Position numbers and translations under genes: made by a program. The notes beneath the pieces were generated by a model. That model did no database searches and was not told where the DNA came from. It saw nothing but the letters and a program-made list of their open reading frames with translations. DNA of 54,085 nt, counting the filler, from Porpidia crustulata (lineage: Eukaryota), in assembly GCA_964255105.1 (NCBI GenBank). It is 2 parts of 2 records of this genome, joined end to end, with 100 filler letters (N's around TTAATTAATTAA, not from the genome) between each part and the next. Parts side by side here need not be neighbours in the genome. Positions count along the whole stretch, not along the records: positions 1 to 27,008 come from CAXUWE010000033.1; 1 more part is not named here. One strand, 5' to 3'. Below are positions 11,134-21,551 of the stretch, piece after piece. Each line of letters opens with the position of its first letter. The first letter of the stretch is position 1.

Positions 11134-12528
11134 ATGGCAGGAAACGCAAAGATTATCCCATGGCCTTCTCCGATTAGTGGACGTAAAACTCGAATATTAC
11201 TGGTGGACCCCAGTAGGCTCGGAAAATTTACATTCGCAAGCGCCAACGAGTCTTTCCTGGAAGACTGGGATCTTGAACTGTCGGATACCGTCGATGCTGC
11301 TCATATCAATACGGTGGCAGTATCACTGCGGTCCGATAATGTTCCTGTAGCCTTTCCTACAGAGACAGTCTATGGCCTCGGTGCTGACGCAACCCGTAGT
11401 GCCGCCGTACTTGGCATCTATGCTGCGAAGCAAAGACCTGCCGACAATCCTCTGATTGTTCACGTGAGCTCCCTTTCGCAGCTTAGAGAGCTTCTTCGGA
11501 ATCCTGTTGCTGAAGCTCCTCCCACCGCTGAATTACCCACGGATCCAATCCCATTCATATACCATTCTCTAATCTCCCGCTTCTGGCCCGGGCCTCTAAC
11601 CATTTTGCTTCCTGTCCCCACACCCAATCCCTTTGCTCCGCAGGTTTCAGCATCACTTCCTACATTTGGTGTCCGGATGCCATCATCTCCGCTCGCCCTC
11701 GCCCTGATTCACCTCGCCGGCATACCTCTTGCTGCCCCGTCAGCCAACACATCCACAAAACCATCACCCACCACGGCCGCCCATGTTTTAGAGGATCTCT
11801 CAGGACGGATTGATCTGATACTAGATGGTGGATCTTGCGAAATTGGTGTAGAAAGCACCGTCGTTGATGGTCTTGTAGATCCACCACTTATCCTAAGGCC
11901 AGGTGGTATATCGATTGAGATGCTGAGGGACTGTCCAGGATGGGAGGGCGTACAAGCGGGCTATAAGGATCGTGCAGAGGCCGAAAAACCACGAGCGCCA
12001 GGGATGAAATACAGGCATTATTCACCTAGGGCGAGAGTGATTCTGGTAGATGGGAAACTCGATACGGGGAAAATCCGGACTATTGCCCCGGAATCAAGTT
12101 GCATTGGTATCCTACGAACCAAGACATGGTCGAGAGGGTTAACGGAGGGGGTAAATCCGATGGGTGAGGGTAAATCCAATGAGAACGTAAGAGATGGAAC
12201 GCCAGTCAGGTTCGCTGAGAGGAGGCTCCAGGAGGGAATAGCCGACGAGAAGCTAGCCCTTCCAGCGTCGGCTTCTCTCCCAGCACAATGTAATTACCAA
12301 TTGCGATCTGATGAGTCGTCCGACGACCAGTCAACCGATGTCTGGGATATTGGGTTGGGTGAAGATCCCGCGGGTATAGCTCGCGGCCTATTCTCTGCTC
12401 TCCGGCAGCTCGACCAGAAAGGTGTGGAGGTCATATTCGTAGAAGGCATCAATGATAGCAAAGGCGATACCGCAGCGGCAGTGATGAATAGACTTCGAAA
12501 GGCAGCGGAAAGAGAAATCAAAGTATGA
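11134..12528 (+). CDS. SUA5: Threonylcarbamoyl-AMP synthase (t6A tRNA modification), YrdC plus SUA5 domains, intronless
   Basis: VAFPTETVYGLGA, K.RP.DNPLIVH, FWPGPLT, APSAN, GVESTV, APGMKYRHYSP, AVMNRLRKAA. First in-frame ATG is at 11134. Confidence 0.95.
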   Translation: MAGNAKIIPWPSPISGRKTRILLVDPSRLGKFTFASANESFLEDWDLELSDTVDAAHINTVAVSLRSDNVPVAFPTETVYGLGADATRSAAVLGIYAAKQRPADNPLIVHVSSLSQLRELLRNPVAEAPPTAELPTDPIPFIYHSLISRFWPGPLTILLPVPTPNPFAPQVSASLPTFGVRMPSSPLALALIHLAGIPLAAPSANTSTKPSPTTAAHVLEDLSGRIDLILDGGSCEIGVESTVVDGLVDPPLILRPGGISIEMLRDCPGWEGVQAGYKDRAEAEKPRAPGMKYRHYSPRARVILVDGKLDTGKIRTIAPESSCIGILRTKTWSRGLTEGVNPMGEGKSNENVRDGTPVRFAERRLQEGIADEKLALPASASLPAQCNYQLRSDESSDDQSTDVWDIGLGEDPAGIARGLFSALRQLDQKGVEVIFVEGINDSKGDTAAAVMNRLRKAAEREIKV

Positions 12529-12593
12529 CCACCGAGGAGTCGGCGGCAGGCCATCGTCGCTAATACGACGATCAGCGTTAAAGTGATTTGATA

Positions 12594-15500
12594 CTATCTC
12601 TTCTTGCTGCCTTTCCCGCCTCTTTTCCCCTTTCCCACACCTCCGCCGCTTTTCCCCCGCCTCGTTCCGTCCCCTCCCATCAGAACCCTACACTTCCCGA
12701 CCGGCACTACGCCGACAACCTCCGTCTCCTTCATTCCCTTCACAAAGTCCCCTTCCCTCCGCCTCATAGCCATCTCCATCGTAACCGCCTCATCCACTCC
12801 GTCACCCGCTGGCCTTTTCTTCCTCTCCCAATCCGTTACAATGCTCGTCCATTTTTCTAGAATTTCCCGCACGGCCTTACCCTTCTTCGTTGTTCCAGGT
12901 TGTAGTTTCGCGCGCCATCGACACCTGGTGCCTACTGCATCCCACGGCCCACAGACGACTAATGATTCTAGAATTTCGTCCCCGGGTAGAGGCATACCCA
13001 CAAAGGCCTCCAGATCTACTGACTCATCATCTTCGTCCTTGTCAATCCCGGCCTCGAAGTTTGTTTGCCGGATTGCTTCAGCTTCCTTACTCTTAGCAGC
13101 GATCGTCGCGTGCTGTTGCCTTCGTCGCTCTTTCTGCGCTGCGATCTCTTGTTCCTTCGCCAACTTTGCAGCTGCATCACCAGTGGTCTTTTGCTCCGCT
13201 GCGGAACCGAGCAGGCGAAGCGCGAGAGCTCTGTCGTCGTCGTCCTGGTTGGCGTACTTGGTTTCAATCTTATTACGTTTGCCCTGTTTCCCCCGGACGT
13301 AGGGAGTTTGAGAAGATGCAATTATTTTCTCTGATGGCGTGGAAATTGTAACTGATGAAGTTGAGGTGGGAGCGCCGGTGATGCTAAGTAGTCTGGCTCC
13401 GTGGACTCCTTGAGAAGAATGTGTTGGGTTAGAAGGGGAAGAGAGGGCACCATTGTGCAGAACTTGGCATTCATCTGTTGAGAGATGACGAGCACCTGAG
13501 GCTATTCTACTAGTGTCGACTGCTAACAGCTCACTGTTTTCTTGGGAGCTTATTGGATTTTTACTATCCGAACCTTCGTTTTCGCTAGACTCTGTAGCCG
13601 TGCTTTGATCTAGGCTATTCTTTGATACGGCGGCAGGGTCGCCATCAGCTTCTGGCTTGTGAGATATGCTAGTACTGGCGCGATTTGTCTGTAGTGGGTT
13701 TTCATATGTGATGTCCAGCCCACAATAATGGTCATCATCCCCTTCATCCTCAGCACTAGTCGAGTCGTGATTCTTTGCTGCCTTGACGAGGCTTTCTTCA
13801 TCTGAATTATCCTCGCTTTTTGTGCGAGCGGTGTGGCCGTCTGTTTCATTGTCGTCCGAATAATTGGGCTGATTCTCTTCTAACGCATCCCCCGTGGTGT
13901 CGCTTCTACTGGTCTTTTGGTCCGGCAAGCGGTGTTTGAGATGCCGCGCCTTACTCTCATCACTAATCCGAAACATGACACCAACCCCAAGCAAAAGATG
14001 TGCAGGAGGTAAAAAGTTCTTTTGGCCTCCGATGTGGAAGATTCCAGGAGCCAGAATGTCTCCGTTGGGCGCCATCTTCGTCACCTTCCCCGAGTCTATC
14101 CACCAAGCAGACATGACGGCCTTCGACTCCCATGCACCCGAGGTTGCCACGGTCAATGTGCCAGCTTGAGATAAAGTAGAAGGAGGTATGGGGTCGTCCA
14201 TCATTCCAGATTTGTTCTTGACAATGACAGATGCAGCTCCTTGGAGATCTGCGTGAACGTAGACATCGCCTTTTTTCAAATGTTTCTTGTACAGTATGTC
14301 GGCTTGCTGTGCGTCTTTTCCGCCCAAGACAAGATACCCATCGGAAGAGATGAAGTAGATGAATTTTTCGAACCATGATTGGTTCCTGACAGGCCGCAAA
14401 ACTTGTTTTTCTTGTTTGAGACCTTTTTTTAAATCTGCGGTGATTTTTTGTTCTGTGTTCTTCAGTGCCCTAGCTGATGACTGCATCGTTTTCTGCTTCT
14501 TCACCGCTGCGCTTTTCTTCTGGTCATAGTATTGTCGCGCATTGGACCATGGTGAGAGAGCAAGATCAACATCCACCGTAAGCCTATTCTCAATCGCTTC
14601 CTTCATCTTCCTCGAGCTTTGATGCTGCTCGTCCTCACTGCCTGATACATCGCTCCCTGTCTGGTCTCCCTCGAAATCTTCCTCGTCTTCGTAGTCTGCT
14701 TCGGCAAGAAGTAGGGTGGCCGTGTTCTCGTATAATTTGAGAGGCATCTTAATCATCTCTGCCACAGCGTTATACCTGGCTTGTTCCATCTCTATCAGAC
14801 GTGCGATCTCTATCCAGTCCATTCCTTGCGCGATTAGCCCGTTTACTGCATCAATTGCTTCCTGGACGTTTTGCAGATTTGCCTCGATCGCTTGTGCCTT
14901 GCGGATGTTAATATCCTGCACTTGCTGTAGGCCCCCAATGCGCTTATCGTGATCCTGCCTCGCAGCTTCGAGTTTCCTCTTTGCATGTTCTTCACGCTCT
15001 GCAAGTCGAGACTCTAGCTTTTGACCCTCTATGGAAGAGAAAAACTCATCAACTGTCTTGTTAAAACCATCAAACTCAAGAATTTGTGATTCTGGGCTTC
15101 CCTCAAATTGCGCTGGACGGAAGGGATGGAAGTCTTCATACATCAACTTATTGGCTCCTAACTGCCCATATTCCCCAGGAAGCTCATCCGAGTCGATAAC
15201 TTTTGGCTTCATCACCTTTGCAACGATGTAGCCTTTAGATGAGTCTGAGTGAGTAATATCACTGATGATTCGCTGTGCCTCATTCAAAACCAACATAAGT
15301 TGTTCGACTAATGCATCATCTTTAAGGACCTGCTCGACTGGCATACTTGAGTCAAAGCCGGCTACACACAAAGCATGGTCGATAAGCATAGGCGGAAACT
15401 CGTTTAAGGAAGTTGATAATGCTTTTCGCAAAGCATCTCCTACCTTTTTCTTCGACTTCTTTGTGTGTGTGAGACCTTCGTCATGAATCTTGTCAACAGT

Positions 15501-16139
15501 ATTTCTTAACCCTATTAGTACTCTTTCCTTTGTCAACGTCGGTACCCCTTTGTAGTTTTGTCTGTCCTCTACAGAGTATTTCAGCCCCACCCGAAGCTCT
15601 TCCTGCTCTGCTCCTGCGGGAACGATACGAAGAAGACATAAGATACCAAGATCCTTGTCCGTAAGCACAATGTTGCCACCTGCATAGAATTCCAGGAAGA
15701 GATGGAATTGCCCATCGCTAAATTGAAAGTCAATAATCCGGTCCGTGCCGACCTGAGTAACGGCAGTCACCCTACGGGTACGTAAATACTTCCGAAGCCG
15801 TGACACAAATTGCGATGGAGCTGAGGCAGTCGCCCTTGTATACCCCGTTAAATGACATCGGAATCCAGAATCGATGACCACCTGTTGGCGCCGGTCCGGC
15901 TTAGCAAACTTAAGGAGAAAAATTCTCTGGATATTGGGTTAGTACTGTAAAATTTGAGGGGGAGAGCCTCGACATACTTACAGTCGAAAGATCATAAACG
16001 TTCGCGAGCCGAAGCGTGCAAAGTGACTTGGAAAGCTCATGGGCGATAACCTTCACGGAGACCTGATTAGTTCCAAGCGATAGAAATCTTAGATTTATGA
16101 TCGTGCCTTAACGTCTAAGCTTGAGAACCTCTGTTTCAT
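12594..16139 (-). CDS. RQC2: Ribosome quality control subunit Rqc2/Tae2/NEMF (exons 16139-16107, 16050-15982, 15926-12594)
   Basis: Reconstructed N-terminus MKQRFSSLDVKVIAHEL..LRLANVYDLS..RIFLLKFAKPD, plus NFACT motifs GTDRII, LEFYAGGN, WFEKF..FISSDGYLV, YVHADL.GA and KLQPG..KKGK. The first intron is probably GC-AG. Confidence 0.93.
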
Positions 16140-16333
16140 GTTGGATGATAGCTTTCAAATACCTCGCTTGGGATAAGCATGATAAGTACAGAAGGAATGT
16201 AATGTAGTTGTTCGTCGTCCGAGCTATGATTTATGATTCTCGGAATTAAGCTTATGTCATTATCGGGGATAGGAGCAAGCGCGTGGAAACAAGCACCATA
16301 CCTACCTATTAAAGACGACATTGAGAGTGCCAC

Positions 16334-16570
16334 GTGGAGGATTATAAGGTAGGCCTTCTAGGCTGTACGGGAGGCCTCCAAGGCCTTATACCCCTACACA
16401 ATCCAGTGCATTTGTTAGGCTCTTGGCTAGCGCGTGCGGCCTCTCGGTGCCATTACTTCTTCTCCTTCTTTAGATATGGAGATAGGTCAGACGCGGGCGA
16501 GACACTGTTAGCCTAGGGGCTATGCATACCTTAGTATTAGTCTACTAGGCGTGCTAGGTAAATGGGTAGC
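16334..16570. other. TpA-enriched, self-complementary intergenic patch; possible RIP-degraded repeat relic
   Basis: Dense TAG/CTA/TAA words compared with the flanking genes. Two imperfect fold-back segments (16334-16399, and 16417-16445 with 16495-16521) whose mismatches are mostly transitions. Confidence 0.3.
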
Positions 16571-16680
16571 TTGAATTAAAGGGTGTCCACTGTGCATTCC
16601 ATCAATAGTGCCTGTCACAGTGGGATTCATGTCTACTTAGAATTCATGACTAGAGCCGTTTGGCATCGAGATGCATATCT

Positions 16681-17968
16681 TCATCCAAAAGCTATTCTCT
16701 TACCTTCTGCGGAGCTTTCGAACAACGCTTCAATTTGCCGATGCCTCCTGGTCGCTGCATTGAAGTCTGGGTACTGCCCTTTCGCTCCCAATAAGAATTG
16801 ATCGTACAACGCACCTACGCTTCGTGCGGGCGCGGGCAGGGCGGTTGACTTCCACTCCCATTCCACGTCCTCCAGCTCGTCCCTGCCAAAATCATGCACT
16901 TCGATCCTGACCTCGGCGCCTGATGCAGCAAATGTAGGACTGGAAGCTGTCACCCGGATTTCACCAAGCTCACCGTGGATGTTCCAGATAAAGCCCGCGG
17001 AGCCTTTGAATGGTTGTCCACGGCGGAGACTTATAGATAAAGGCGCACCTGAAGCCAGCTCCCCGATGATCAAAATATGATCTGGAACATCCGAGGTTAC
17101 CGTTTCTACGATCGTGCCATGACCATCTTTTATATTGACCTCTGGGCGCTGAATCGTCAATTTTGATGTAAGAGATGAGAACTCCCCAAGAACAAATTGG
17201 ACATAATCGCTGACTGGACCTCACTATCAGTACGTCTGTTCTTGAATTCGCTATAGTGCGCATACATTGAAAGACGTTCAGCTGAAGCCAATTGATGTGA
17301 GACTTACTATGTCCAATATAAATTGTCAAAACGTTGCCCCCAACGCTTTTATCGGTAAAATACTTGAGTGACGCCGGCAGTGTGTTCCGATCGTTCGTCG
17401 CCCCAACAGCAATGACCGAGCTGCTCAAAACCTTCCCAATCTTCCCCTGCTCAACCAATGACTTTACTTTCAGAATGACGGGCGATTCCCGACCTTGTAA
17501 CCCCACCATAGTCCTGCAACCCTTCTCTTGTGCCAAAGTCCTCAGCTCTTCGGCATAGCTCAGATTTTGAGCCAAAGGCCATTCAACAAAGACGTCTTTC
17601 CCTTGCTCAATACTAGGTTTGATGGTTTTATAGTGAACGTCTGCCCTTGTAGTACAAACCACGAGGTCAACCTATTCCAAATTTAGTCCGGCTGGGAATC
17701 ATTGAAAACTATGGATTGATGATAGTGTTGTGGTAGCTTATACCTCTTCATCATTTGCTAAATCTCGAGGGTTCCCATAGGCTTTCGTGGTTGGTGAAAG
17801 ATTGTAATCCTTAATAGCCGACTTGGCAGAAGCAACAGTGGAGTTGCATAGGGCCGTGATGGTATATTTGTCTTTGGAATTAGTCAAATACGGTAAGTGT
17901 GCCGCACTGGCCCAAGCCGTTTTGGCCGTTGATGAGAGGCCAATAATGCCGACACGAATAGGCCCCAT
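16681..17968 (-). CDS. Gfo/Idh/MocA-family oxidoreductase, Gal80-like (exons 17968-17744, 17671-17308, 17214-16681)
   Basis: MGPIRVGIIGLS..WA...H.P Rossmann start, VDLVVCT, KDVFVEWPLA, VGLQGR, IYIGH. Introns 17743-17672 and 17307-17215 restore one reading frame. Confidence 0.85.
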
Positions 17969-18749
17969 CTCTGAGGTTGAACGTTTATGACTGCCTATTG
18001 AAAAGGGTGATGGAACCAAGAAAGTGCAAGAGCGGTCTGAACGCGGCTTCGTTCATCTAAGTCAATCTTGTTAGGCGGGATTTAATTTTCATTGAGAATA
18101 ATGACTTGCATTGATTTCTCATCAGCAGGTCTTGATTTCTAAGCTCATGCAGAGAATCGGATCTAATCTATCTTTGGGGCGCCAACCATGACATGGTGAG
18201 TTGGTTTTGACGATTATTTTACCTAAGGCAGGCTGAGGTGAGGTTGGCGGAGTGCTCTGTTCCCTTCGATTTATTGAGAACCTCGAAGTGGCTTGCCACC
18301 TTGTCGTGCTTGTGTATCTTCAAATAATGATTTAAGGTTCGAGTATGTTGACACTAGTGACGTAGGCTTGATAGTACCAATAGTGCATGATTCCCTTGTG
18401 CCCCTTTCTCCTGGATCAGGCTCCATTGGATTATTCCTTTGATGCACCTTTATGCAAATAGTAAATTTAGGGGCATTGAATGCTCTAGTGGGAAAAGCTC
18501 AAGATCTCATAGTCCTATTCAGCAACAAGTCACCAGAGAAATAGAGACGGGCTAGGAGCACTGTAGATTGCCCTTGGGAGAGACTATCTTACAAAGACCC
18601 GTAGAAAACCCACCACCAGAAGGCTAATTGCCAAATACGGACTGAAGCAAAATGTCATGCAATTCCAAGCTGCCCAAAGAAATTTGGAGCAGAAAATTCC
18701 AGGAGCCTCCAAATCTGTCTGGTGTTTTGCGATGAACAAATATGATCCA

Positions 18750-20714
18750 CTAAGCATTAGGTATCGCTGCCAAATCAGGAGCCATGTCTTGGCCTGCAAT
18801 TTCGCCTCCGGCCTCTTTCTCTGCCCAAGCTCCCCACAGACCTCTCTTTCCACGTATCCGGATGGGGCCACCGAGCTGGGTATCTGACTGATCGACTTTG
18901 ACCGCATCTTTCGTAGCTAAAACCAAGACTTCGAAAAACATCTTCGTAGCATCCGTCTTACTAGTAGTGCGTTCGGGTAGCATCTCTTGGAAGAAGATAC
19001 TGGCTTTCTTCTGCGCCGAAGGACTGCCATTTGCTGAGCCGAATCGATCTCTTAAAAGATGCACGGCATGTTGTGTACCAAGAGAGACGGCACCTTGTTC
19101 TATTGGGTGCAACAAAGGCGCAGTAGTGTCATCAAAATGGTCAATCATGGGTCCAATTTCTTCCTCGTCGCCATCCTGCCGGACCCGCACGCCTTCGCCA
19201 TCAAAAACTGGGTGAAGACCATCATCAGCAGGTAAGTTTATGATCCCTGATACTTCCTGTAAAGTGGAATTATCATCAACAGCAACGCCCTCCGCTACAA
19301 GTGCTTGTTCGTCTTCATCTTCAGGAATTTCGAGCTGCGGTAGCTCACCCACACTCAACTGGATTTCTTCTTCTTCTTCTTCTTCTTCTTCCTCCCCCTC
19401 TTCTTCCGCAGCTGCAACACCACTGTCACGCTTCCGCTTTAATTCTCCTGATCTTCTGACAACCTCTAGCGACAAGATGCCTCTAATTTCTGGGGCCCAC
19501 CCCTGAGCTCGGCCGTCGCCCATTATGCTCGATACGAAGCCACCGTTGCGCTGCATGTTCATAAGATTTAGCAGCATACGATCTCGAGACAAAAAGGTGG
19601 CTGGCTTCAGTATGGCAGATCTGTCAGCTTGCTGCTGCTTGATTTGTGCGGTAGGAATAACGGTGTCTGAGTCAGCCGGAATGATTCTTCTCTTCTTGGC
19701 TTTGTGGGCTTGATGAATGGATGCCTCTTCCCCATCGTCAAGATTAGTGGCATCGAAACCTCTTACAACACTTGAACGAGCAGAAGATAAAGGTGATTCA
19801 GAATCCCGTTGAAGGTGTAGATCTACTGCCACGGCTACATCATTGGAGGCGATGGCCAGATCGTCGCCTGGTAGGATAAAGTCATCCTGATAGTCCGCCA
19901 TCATAGCCTCGTTGTCGCGGTACTGTGGGGCTTCATCACCAACCAAGGACGGCGTTCGACTGTCCAGACAAGTGTTTGTTACGTCATTGTCTCCAAATTC
20001 GTGGTTCGTGTTGTCTGCGTATTGAAATTTCATGTCGTCGTCGATGAGATCATCTTCTACTGGTCTGGTACTTCGGTCTTTTCTTCCAATCTCAATACTT
20101 GGACCTTCGTCGTCTCCATAGTCGAGGTCAATCTCCACATCCATGTCGTCTTCTTCACGTCTATCTTCAGGTGCATTACGCCCATATTCAATGCTCGCAG
20201 GGTCGGAAAGAAGTTGACTCGTCCAATTCAACGGGTCGTCTTTTCCCTTACCGAAGTCAATATCTATTGGGCGGAAATCGAGAAGCGACGGATCAAGTTC
20301 GGGCATTGTTGGATCACTGATTTTGTCGACTATGGTAAGTGCTGCAGCGCTTGGCATGTTCAAATTTATGGGCAGGTCGACATTTCCAGGGCGGAACGCC
20401 TGCATCGTGTAAGTAAACACCAACGATTACTGTGGGACTGATTTGCGTACCATTTTGATTTTGAGTAATGCTTCATTGCAGTCATCAAGAAGATATCGCG
20501 CTTTGCGGCTGTAAATTCGTACGACACCTAAGAGCAATTGTCCACTGAGGCGTAGAGCCATTGGTGCTGTCCCTTGATCAACGATAGCGCTAACGCTGCT
20601 CTCGATATTCGATTGCAAGATATGGGTTTTTGATAATTTGCGCTCAAGATTGGCCGAGAGCCAGACGCGAGCCAGAGGTCCGGTCTTCGAAAGAAGGGTT
20701 TCTGAATAAAACAT
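18750..20714 (-). CDS. RAD21: Cohesin kleisin subunit Rad21/Scc1/Mcd1 (exons 20714-20451, 20399-18750)
   Basis: N-terminus [39 protein letters not shown]-terminal winged helix [14 protein letters not shown]. Separase-like site SIE.GR. Intron 20450-20400 (GTACGC..CAG). Confidence 0.96.
19365..19391 (-). repeat. (GAA)9 coding microsatellite encoding poly-Glu in RAD21
   Basis: (TTC)9 on the + strand; the protein reads [14 protein letters not shown]. Confidence 0.9.
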
Positions 20715-21153
20715 CTCGATTTGCTAAGTAGCTAAAGCAGTGCAACGATTGGGTTAAACGCTACACGACAGCGTAATCCACGTAACGTGCGGATCCGGTA
20801 CCAAAATTATGATATTATGTTATGGATGCAAGGCGCGTCGGTTTGTGTACGTGTAGTAGTATTACTCTAAGCGCAAAGGGCTGATCGTTGGAACCAATAC
20901 CAGGGGCACTGAGCTAATACATGTCGCTCAATAAGTATAGCGAGGTCAATCTAAGCAGCGTCCTGTGAAAGATGAATGAACGCTCAGCGCAAGACGGTGA
21001 TGGTTGAGGGGTGTGGTCGCAAAGAGATGGCTGGGGGTTAAGTAGCAAGCTCTTTGCTCCTTGCTTAAGGTTCCCTGCAGCCCATCCACAATCGACAGTC
21101 GCGTGAGTGGGAGGCACGGAGGCTAATGTGACTATTCGATCCGGGGTTCAAGG

Positions 21154-21296
21154 GGTGTCAAAAGTCATTGTGCCACTTACCCGGGACAAGCTCATCAAAG
21201 TGATTCATGACTTTTGACACCATGATGATAGGACGGGAGATCCATATCTTAGTCATCATCAGCCCTATAAATGCCCTGAATCAGGGCATTGCAGGG
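21154..21296. repeat. Cluster of inverted repeats in the RAD21-PMR1 divergent intergenic region
   Basis: Perfect 15-bp inverted repeat GGTGTCAAAAGTCAT (21154-21168) / ATGACTTTTGACACC (21207-21221). ATGATGA/TCATCAT stem (21222-21259). Palindrome AATGCCCTGA-A-TCAGGGCATT (21270-21290). Confidence 0.8.
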
Positions 21297-21551
21297 GTGC
21301 TTTAGTACCACGATGCTGGTATGGGAAAAAGCAGAGAAAAGTCCATGTGGAACAGTACATCACATCAATCTGCTAGACCCATTGATCGGTGGATATGTAG
21401 CTTTGTGCCGCTCTACTGCTATTAGGCTGCTTCGTTGTTTCAAACTCCAAGACTTTCAAGCTAGCATTTCTTCCAAAGTCTTCAACGCCAACGTCACACT
21501 CGAACTGTCGTAGCCATCTATCGACAGCTCCCAAGCCTCGGCCATGAAACT

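Noticed and set aside
12604..13302. 232-aa + strand ORF and many other antisense ORFs over RQC2, PMR1, dynein and PET8
   Set aside because: Shadows of real genes on the opposite strand; no recognisable domains and many non-ATG starts.
21100..21155. tRNA B-box-like words (ATTCGATCC, GGTTCAAG)
   Set aside because: No cloverleaf, A box or acceptor stem could be built.
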